The position numbers and the translations under genes were made by a program. The notes beneath the pieces are model-generated. The model saw only the letters and a program-made list of their open reading frames with translations. It was not told where the DNA came from and made no database searches. 64,000 nucleotides of DNA, from positions 19,336-83,335 of the forward strand of contig DAHUYB010000071.1 in NCBI GenBank assembly GCA_027315405.1. The letters are read 5' to 3'. Source of the DNA: Gammaproteobacteria bacterium. Its GTDB lineage: Bacteria > Pseudomonadota > Gammaproteobacteria > Natronospirales > REEB76. Positions 9,908 through 18,300 of the stretch are shown here, one piece after another. How positions within the stretch are numbered: the stretch's first letter is position 1; every line of letters begins with the position of its first letter.

Positions 9908-12900
9908 ATGGGGTCAGGGGACGATCATGTTCGGGCGGCACGCTTTGCGTGCGCTAAAGGTGGTTTGTGCCCCATTGTTGTGATACGTCCTGAGTTCCGT
10001 ACGCGATCACGGAAAATCCTCGCTTGCATACTCCTGTTGATAGGGCTTTGGCCTGGTGTCTGTTACGCATCTAACTATATGTATGACGCCAACGGGAGGT
10101 TAGTCGCAGTAACGGCACCCGACGGTAGCAGTGTCGTGTATAAGTATGATGCGGCAGGAAATATTCTCAGTATCCAGCCGATTGCTGTTGGCCAGCTTGC
10201 GTTGTTCGACTTTGCACCTGCCCAAGGTGCGGTCGGTGCCCAAGTGACGCTACAAGGTAGCGGCTTTAGCACTACAATCAGCAATAACACGGTCGAGTTC
10301 AACGGAACGGTTGCGAGCGTCACATCGGCGACCGCTAACCAGCTCGTTGTCAAGGTTCCGGCTAGCGCAACTACCGGGTTGATTTCGGTGACAGTTGGAA
10401 CCACGACTGTTAACAGCGCGAATGACTTTGTTGTCCTTCTAGCACCAGAAATTACAAGTTTCAACCCTGCTTTTGGAAGTAGTGGTACCGCGGTCACGAT
10501 ATCCGGCAGAGGGCTTGACCCAGTCCCGGAAGGCACGAGTCTCACGCTCGCCAATGTTGATGTACCAATCACATCCTTCAGTAATAGCCAATTATTGTTT
10601 TCCGTTCCCGCAGATGTCGGCTCTGCTCCTATTCATGTCACGACGCCCTATGGGCAGGCGAGCAGTAGCACCGATTTCATCGTCATACCGGATGTGATCG
10701 GTGCGGTCAACGTAGTATCTGCAGGGTATGTCGTGGCGAATAGTTCTGCGAGAACTCTCAATATCAACTCCCAGAACAAAAGCGGCGTTTTTGCGTTTAC
10801 TGGCACCGTAGGTCACTGGCTGAGTCTGCAATTGACCTCCTTGACTACCACACCGAGCGGCGGGGTGGTGAGCTATCAGGTCTATTCCACCAACAACACC
10901 CAAGCCACGCAGATCGCCTACGGCACGGTGTCCACGGCCTCGAACATGTCAGTTCATCTGCCGGAAATACCCGTAACGGGAATTTACCTGATTGTTTTCG
11001 ATTCCGGAAATGACACGGTTCAATTAACCGGGTCGCTAAAGATCGACACCTCGGTTGCCACCACCGGTACCCCGGTCTTGTTATCTACAACGACAGCTGC
11101 ACAGAGCATACGTTTTACGTTCTCCGGATCATCTGGCCTGAATCTTGGCAGTATCACCAATTTGGCGCTGAATCCGACATCGGTAGTTGATGCGCTGATC
11201 ACCATCAACAATCCAGATGGAACTCTTGATTCCTCAGAGGTCTGTTACGTTTCCTACGGCGGCTGTGAGCTGAATATCAATAATCTTCCGACGACTGGTA
11301 CTTATAGCGTGATTGTCAGTCCGGATGGTGCGGCAAAGTTGAGTTTCGATGCCGCACTTTTCCCAGTTCACGTCGGCACCTTAGCCATTTACTGGTTTGC
11401 CCCGCAGCAAGGTACGATTGGCAGCCAGGTTATGATCGCTGGGTATGGCTTTAGCACCACCACGAGCAATAACGGGGTTGAATTCAACGGTGTGCCAGCG
11501 GTTGTCATATCGGCAACTTCCAGCCAGCTGGTTGTTACCGTGCCGGCTGGCGCAACCACGGGGCCGATATCAGTTACCGTCAGTGGCACGACAGTCACGA
11601 GCACCAATAAATTTGGTGTTGTGTCTGTTCCACCCCCGCCGATAATTACCGGCTTCACGCCCGGAATCGGCAGTGCGGGAACATCGGTGACGGTAACAGG
11701 CACTACTTTGGACCCAGTGTCGGGCAGTACCACGCTTTCACTGGCGGGAACGACTGTGCCCCTGACATCGATCAGCAACACTCAGGCGATATTTACCGTT
11801 CCGGCTAACGTGTATTCGGGTCCGATTCAGATTACGACGCCGTATGGCCAGGCCAGTAGCAACATAGATTTTGTCGTCGGTACTGGTACCGGGACCGGTG
11901 CGGATAACACATCATCTATCGCCGAGCTCTCGGTGGGCAGTGCGGCCACCAGCCTGAACATTACCGCGTACACGTACGGTATTTTTGCCCTTAACGCCAC
12001 GGCTGGTCAGTGGCTAAGCGTGCAACTAGATTCCTTGGTAACGACGCCAATTGGCGCCACCGTGCCTTATGAAGTCTATACGCCGGATGGCACTTTATTT
12101 GCCGTTGGTTCCGTGTCCACACTCTCGACGGGCACGAGCGGCCTTTCAGTTGATCTGTCGGAGAAAAATGCAATCGATATGTCGATACATCTTCCAGAAA
12201 TTCCAACAAGCGGCACTTATCTTGTGATATTTTGGCCCAATGATCCGGCAGCGGTACAGTTATCAGCAGTGCTTGAAGCCAACCCAACGATCGAATCTAA
12301 CGACGCTGAGCTGGTTCTAACGACAAATACTCCTGCGCAAACCAAGCGCTTTATTTTCTCAGGTACTACGGGTGAGAGCCTGGATCTGAGCATCACCAAT
12401 CTACTGTTCAATCCAAGCTTCGTTGCCTACGGTTCTTATCAGTTGTACCAACCGGATGGCAGTTACGGAAATGGCGGATTCTGCAATAGCAGTAGTGCCG
12501 GAGGATGTAACCTCCAGTACCTTAACATGCCGTACTTGCCGCAAACAGGTACCTACAGCGTGATTGTGGCTCCGGGCGTTTCGCAGACTGAATTGACCGG
12601 ATCAGCGACATTCAATGCCACAGCGACGCTTGTACCAAATGTGACGGCTACATTGAGCGCGAACACGCCATTCAACCTGAACTTGGCGCAGCCAGGCCAG
12701 GAGGGAGTCCTGACATTCACTGCTACCGCTAATGAAAGTTTGCAGTTGGCTTTAAGTGGAGTGTCGACGACACCGGCCGACACAAACATACAGATAGATG
12801 TCTACGCGCCTGGCGGTTTTCCAAACTCGCCGCCGATCGACAGTTACAATATAAATTCCGATGGCACACAGAGTCTTGCGGGTTTGGCAGCTGGAAACTA

Positions 12901-14251
12901 CACCATTTTAGTCGCGCCGGACAACGGTGCTACCGCTGCTATGACGGTGACGCTGACACCGGGTGGTACCGGAGTACTGCAAACAAACGGGACATCGCAG
13001 AATTTCAGCACTACGACACCCGGCCAGACAGTGACCATGACCTTTAACGGCACTACCGGTCAAAATCTCGGTCTTGGCATTACCAATATCGTGCTTACTG
13101 GCGCCACGGGTCGCGTAGACATCGCCATATTCAATCCAGATGGCACTACTAACTACAATTTTGGCTGTATCGGTGATTCCATCAACGGCCTCAGTTGCAA
13201 TCTGCTGAACCTACCGCAAACGGGCATCTATACAATTATCGTCGCTCCGCCATCTCAAGCGACAATAAGTTATACGGCCACACTTTCTCAGGACGTATCG
13301 GGGACATTGGCTGTAGGGACACCGACGAACATCAATTTGGCATATCCCGGGCAAATCGGTTTGCCCAGCTTCACCGCTGCCGCTGGCCAGTATCTTGCCG
13401 TTCAAATAACGGGGTTCAGCACCAACCCATCCGGCGGTAGTATGAGCGTTGAGATTAGTAACCAAAGTGGTACGGTCATCGCGCAGTATGACATAAGTTC
13501 CAGCTACACCTTCAACCTTACAAATCTAGCCACCGGAACGTATTTTATATTGCTAGAGCCAGACAATGCGCAAACTGCGCAGATGACAGTGAATCTGTTC
13601 ACGATACCCACTCAGTCGATGGGTTCATTGGATCAATCGGTGAATTATTCAACCACAACTCCAGGCGTCGGACTAGCTCTGACATTTTCCGGCACTGCGG
13701 GGGAGGCCTTGGGGCTCGGAATTACCAACGTCACTACCAATCCAGCATCTACTGATGTCTATCCAACGGTATACGGACCGAATGGGAGTACCGTTGCTAG
13801 TGGGGGCTGTACGTCAAGTATGGCCATTTGCGCCATTACGATGAAGAGTCTACCTCAAACAGGCAATTACACAGTGCTGTTCGTGCCCTACGGCCAAGCG
13901 ACTATGAATTTTACGGCCACCCTTTCACAGGATGTGGCCGGTACGCTAACCCTGAATACACCTGTAACGGAGAATCTTCTCTACCCCGGGCAAAATGGTT
14001 TGTTTACATTTGTGGCCACGGCGGGTGAGAACCTGGTCCTTGAAGTTCAGGGTATAGCCACAAACCCAGCGAACAAGGACCTTTGGATGTATATATATAG
14101 CCCGAGTGGCAATCTAATAGCGACAAACTATGCGAATTATACTGTCAATTTTAACCTCACAAACCTCTCAGCTGGCACTTATTCCGTGCTCGTGTTCCCG
14201 TATTTTAACGACGTCGGAACTGCGTCATTTCAGCTGGATTTGGTGCCGTAG
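9908..14251 (+). CDS. Giant secreted/surface protein: signal peptide, YD repeat, 4 IPT/TIG-like domains and about ten PPC-like beta-sandwich modules
   Basis: 1447-aa ORF with a G-rich SD-like run upstream of ATG 9908 (GTG 9980 is an alternative start). Signal-like segment ILACILLLIGLWPGVCYA and YD repeat YMYDANGRLVAVTAPDGSSVVYKYDAAGNILSI. IPT-like units include FAPAQGAVGAQVTLQGSGF..NTVEFNG..QLVVKVPA.ATTG.ISVTV. The recurring module end is LPQTG(T/I/N)Y(S/T)VIVAP. GC is lower (about 52% on a sampled line) than the flanks. Confidence 0.85.
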   Translation: MGSGDDHVRAARFACAKGGLCPIVVIRPEFRTRSRKILACILLLIGLWPGVCYASNYMYDANGRLVAVTAPDGSSVVYKYDAAGNILSIQPIAVGQLALFDFAPAQGAVGAQVTLQGSGFSTTISNNTVEFNGTVASVTSATANQLVVKVPASATTGLISVTVGTTTVNSANDFVVLLAPEITSFNPAFGSSGTAVTISGRGLDPVPEGTSLTLANVDVPITSFSNSQLLFSVPADVGSAPIHVTTPYGQASSSTDFIVIPDVIGAVNVVSAGYVVANSSARTLNINSQNKSGVFAFTGTVGHWLSLQLTSLTTTPSGGVVSYQVYSTNNTQATQIAYGTVSTASNMSVHLPEIPVTGIYLIVFDSGNDTVQLTGSLKIDTSVATTGTPVLLSTTTAAQSIRFTFSGSSGLNLGSITNLALNPTSVVDALITINNPDGTLDSSEVCYVSYGGCELNINNLPTTGTYSVIVSPDGAAKLSFDAALFPVHVGTLAIYWFAPQQGTIGSQVMIAGYGFSTTTSNNGVEFNGVPAVVISATSSQLVVTVPAGATTGPISVTVSGTTVTSTNKFGVVSVPPPPIITGFTPGIGSAGTSVTVTGTTLDPVSGSTTLSLAGTTVPLTSISNTQAIFTVPANVYSGPIQITTPYGQASSNIDFVVGTGTGTGADNTSSIAELSVGSAATSLNITAYTYGIFALNATAGQWLSVQLDSLVTTPIGATVPYEVYTPDGTLFAVGSVSTLSTGTSGLSVDLSEKNAIDMSIHLPEIPTSGTYLVIFWPNDPAAVQLSAVLEANPTIESNDAELVLTTNTPAQTKRFIFSGTTGESLDLSITNLLFNPSFVAYGSYQLYQPDGSYGNGGFCNSSSAGGCNLQYLNMPYLPQTGTYSVIVAPGVSQTELTGSATFNATATLVPNVTATLSANTPFNLNLAQPGQEGVLTFTATANESLQLALSGVSTTPADTNIQIDVYAPGGFPNSPPIDSYNINSDGTQSLAGLAAGNYTILVAPDNGATAAMTVTLTPGGTGVLQTNGTSQNFSTTTPGQTVTMTFNGTTGQNLGLGITNIVLTGATGRVDIAIFNPDGTTNYNFGCIGDSINGLSCNLLNLPQTGIYTIIVAPPSQATISYTATLSQDVSGTLAVGTPTNINLAYPGQIGLPSFTAAAGQYLAVQITGFSTNPSGGSMSVEISNQSGTVIAQYDISSSYTFNLTNLATGTYFILLEPDNAQTAQMTVNLFTIPTQSMGSLDQSVNYSTTTPGVGLALTFSGTAGEALGLGITNVTTNPASTDVYPTVYGPNGSTVASGGCTSSMAICAITMKSLPQTGNYTVLFVPYGQATMNFTATLSQDVAGTLTLNTPVTENLLYPGQNGLFTFVATAGENLVLEVQGIATNPANKDLWMYIYSPSGNLIATNYANYTVNFNLTNLSAGTYSVLVFPYFNDVGTASFQLDLVP

Positions 14252-15381
14252 TGATAACGCACCGGACAATTCTGCGCATGGTGACTTTGGGAACCACTCT
14301 AAGTCTTGCGTTATTTTCATTGAATCTGTTCGGTCAAGAGTATCCAAACAAAGTGGTGCTAGGTCGAGCGCTGTTTCAGGACCGGAATCTGAGCCTAGAT
14401 CGCACGGTAAGTTGTGCGTCGTGCCATCAAGTTGATCACGCGTTCGCAGATTCGCGCTCGGTATCAACCGGTGTCGACGGTCGCCGGGGTACCCGCCATG
14501 CGCCAAGCTTGCTGAAAATTGGCGAATACCGGTCCTTTTTTTGGGATGGTCGTGCGACCACGCTTGAACAACAAGCGCGCCTTACCATGTTCTCGACCGT
14601 AGAATGTGGGTTTTCAAGTGGCGCACAAGTTGTCGAGCGTGTTGAGCAGAATTCAAGTTATGTCCATGCCCTTTTGACCTTGGATAAGTCAACCTCTCGT
14701 CGCATCACAATTTCTGATGTCACGGACGCTATCGTCGCTTACGAACGATCATTGGATGCGCCGCGCAATGCCTTGGATCGTTATCTCGCTGGAGATAAAG
14801 CTGCATTATCGCTCTCCGCGCGCCGCGGCCTTGAGGTGTTCAGCGGCAAAGCCGACTGTGCTGCGTGCCATGTAATTAGCGGGCGAAATGCCCCACTCAC
14901 CGATAACCAATTCCACAGTTCGAGTGTGGGTTTGGCTGCCATTGCGCGGAACCTCGCTGCCCTCGCTGCTGAAGTGGCACACATGAACCGGACAGAGCGC
15001 TTCCAGAAGATAGGATCGGACGATCAGATCGCGGCCCTAGGACGCTATGTGGTCACACTCAACCCGCAGGACATCGGCAAGTTCAGAACGCCGTCGCTCA
15101 GAAATGTGGCGCTTACCGGACCCTACATGCATGACGGCAGTGTGGCGACCCTCACCCAGGCGGTTGATCTGGAACTGTATTACCGCGGTATTACCCTCGG
15201 TCATCCGATTCTGCTATCTCCGACCGACAAGCGGGATTTGCTGGTGTTTCTGCATAGCCTTTCCTCGTTGCCGAAACAGAGACAGGCGCTTGTGTTCATT
15301 AAATTTACCGACAGCCGGCACGCAGGAAGCAGACCAGACCTCATTGAGCACATTCAGGCACAGCCGGGGAGAGGGCCATGA
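14251..15381 (+). CDS. Di-haem cytochrome c peroxidase / MauG family protein
   Basis: The GTG start overlaps the upstream TAG (TAGTG). It has a signal peptide, two CxxCH haem motifs (CASCH, CAACH) and the family block FRTPSLRNVALTGPYMHDGSVATL. Confidence 0.9.
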   Translation: MITHRTILRMVTLGTTLSLALFSLNLFGQEYPNKVVLGRALFQDRNLSLDRTVSCASCHQVDHAFADSRSVSTGVDGRRGTRHAPSLLKIGEYRSFFWDGRATTLEQQARLTMFSTVECGFSSGAQVVERVEQNSSYVHALLTLDKSTSRRITISDVTDAIVAYERSLDAPRNALDRYLAGDKAALSLSARRGLEVFSGKADCAACHVISGRNAPLTDNQFHSSSVGLAAIARNLAALAAEVAHMNRTERFQKIGSDDQIAALGRYVVTLNPQDIGKFRTPSLRNVALTGPYMHDGSVATLTQAVDLELYYRGITLGHPILLSPTDKRDLLVFLHSLSSLPKQRQALVFIKFTDSRHAGSRPDLIEHIQAQPGRGP

Positions 15382-18300
15382 GGCAATTCATGAATGGAAT
15401 AGTCATGATTGGGCTTGCGGTCGCGGTCGCATTCACTCAGGCGGCAAACCTGTCGAACAGTCAAGCCAGTCAGTATTCACTTCAATTGCTCACGACTGCA
15501 ATTGGCCAGACGGCGACGCTTTTGCCGGACGGTACCTGGCTGTTGTTGGGCGGTGAGGTCAACGGTCAAAAATCCGGCACCGCCATCATTGACGATCCCA
15601 CCACCGGCAAGCAAACGCGTTTATCCACGTCCTTGATCGTGCCGCGTGCTTGGCACACTGCGACATTGTTGCCGGACGGGCAGGTGTTTATCTTTGGCGG
15701 TGTGGGAGCTGATGATCAGTTGGTAAATCAAGCTGAGCTTTACAATCCCGTGACCCGTAGTTTTTCGCTCGCGCCAGCGACTGGTTTAACATTGCGCTCC
15801 CATCACACCACCAATGTGCTTACGGATGGGCTCGTCTTATTCGCCGGTGGGGCTGAATTTGCGCCGGCACAATTGTGGGATCCGCGCACGAACCAGGTCA
15901 CAGTGGTTGTAAACGATATGGTCGTGCCGCGCGCCGATGGTTGGTCCACTTTGCTCTCTACGAGCCCGGTTCTGATTTGGGGCGGCACCGATAGCAGTGG
16001 TGCACCCATCTCAAGCGCTGAGCTGTATGTGCCATCGCTCGATCAATTTGTCCCCGCCGAAATCAGCTCGGCGCTTTTGCCGCCGGTGCCGGATCTAACG
16101 GCGGCCCTCACTGTAGCCGAATCTATCCCCAGTGACGGCGCCACCGATGTCCCAGTCTCGGCACAGATTGCTGTGCGGTTCAGCGAACGTCTGAAGGTCA
16201 CCACCCTCAACAACTCGACCGTCACGCTCATCGGACCGGCGGGTCAGGTGGCAGCCACGGTCGTCCCGGCGGAAGCCGGGATGCTGTTGTTCGTAACCCC
16301 CGAGCAACAGTTACTTCCGGCATCCTATTACACACTCTTCATCAGTGGCGCGACCGATTCTGAGGGCACCGTACTGCCGTTCGTGGCGCTCGGCTTCGAG
16401 ACCGCGGCGCTCAGCGCCGGGGCGTCCACCACCGCTGCAGCGGGCCTGAACACACCAGGCACTATCTCGGTGGTTCGTGCCCCATTGCCCCCCTCGGTAG
16501 GAGTGTGGCAACCCTCGATCAGCGACTATGGCGGCAACTGGTTCATGGGCCCGGCCACTAAAACGCCCCAGGCTAATGTGCCCATGCTCCAGGCCGCGCC
16601 CGGAGTGACGGCGCTTGCGGGCCAGGTGCTGCTGCAGAACGGCGCGCCGCTTCCGGGCGTGGCCGTGTCAATCGGCAACCTGCAGACCGTCACGGATGCT
16701 GCGGGCCGGTTCTTGGTGGCCAATATCCCGGCGGGGCACGTGGAGTTTATCGTCAATGGTCGCACCGCCAACACCGCCGGAATCCAGTTTGGCCAGTTTG
16801 TCATCGGAGCGGATGTTGCACCGGGGATCACCACCACCCTCGGTTATACGGTGTGGATGCCGGTGATTGACACTGCCCATGCCGTTAACATTCCATCGCC
16901 CACCACCCAGGAGGTGGATGTTACCTCACCCCTGCTTCCAGGGGTGGTGCTCAAGATTCCGGCTGGCGTGGTGATCCGCGAGCCGAATGGCAAAATCGTC
17001 ACCCAAGTGAGTCTCACGCCTGTGCCGCTCGATCGATCACCATTTCCGCTGCCAAACTTCGCGATGTATTTTGTAATTCAACCGGGCGGCGCCATCATCG
17101 ATTCGGTGAATACTGGGGTGCGGCCAAGTGCTCAGATTGTTTATCCGAACAGCCTCAACAGTCGACCCGGGACCTCCAGCACATTTATGTACTATGATCC
17201 ATCGGGTCCCGGATGGATACCATATGGACACGGGCACGTTTCCAAGGCTGGGGACCGGATCGTACCGGACAGCGATGTGCGGCTCTACAGTTTCAGCGGG
17301 TTCGGTGATACCGAATCTGAAAATCCTCCTGCGCCTGTTAATCCACCGGTAAATGATTGTAGCAGTGGTGGCGACCCAGTCGATTGCACAACTGGTTTAT
17401 TCACATATAGTCATGTGGATCTGCAATTACCTGACACCATACCGATCACCATTGAGCGAAACTATGTTAGCAGCGATATTTATCCTCGGCAGTTTGGTGC
17501 GGGGTTTTCTGACCCTTATGGGATGTATCTGTACACACCAAATGGACCGACGGATACAACGTTTACCACGCTGTATTTAGCACTCCCCAATGGTTCGCTG
17601 GTGCAATACACGCGTACCAGCGGTTCTTCGGCAACCGGATTAGTTGGTCTGCAGATGGCTGCGAGCAATACTCCAAGCCGATACTATGGATCTACCATTA
17701 GTTATGATGGCAATTATAACTATCTCGTGCTCGCACTAAAGGATGGCACGCAGTACAAATTCAATGCGGGAGACGGACGTTGGTTGCGACAGATCGTCAG
17801 TCGCAATGGCCAGACGTTGCAGATTGTTCCGGCTCTCCCCGACAGCACTGGGGACAACTATCCAGCGATTAAGATCATTTCGCCAAATGGCCGCTGGGTT
17901 CAGATCCAGTATGTCTCCAGCAATCCGATTCAGTATCCCCAAGGTACCTCCATGATTGCCAGCATCACCGATGACAGCGGCCGCTCGCTGAACTATGCCT
18001 ACGACTCCTCGAACCGACTCATCAAGGTCACCTACCCGGATGGCGGAGTGGAGCAGTACACCTACAATGGCACCACCGACGAGATCGCCTCGATCATTCC
18101 GCCCAACGGGCAAACCCAAGTCACCAACACCTATGACGGCAACGGCCGGGTGATTCAGCAGACGCTGGCCGACGGCGGCACCTACCAGTTCGCCTACGTG
18201 ACCAACGGCAATGGCCAGGTGACCCAGACCACGGTTACGGATCCAAACGGCAATGTCAGGATCTTGAACTTCAACAGTGCGGGTTACGTGACCTCCGAGA

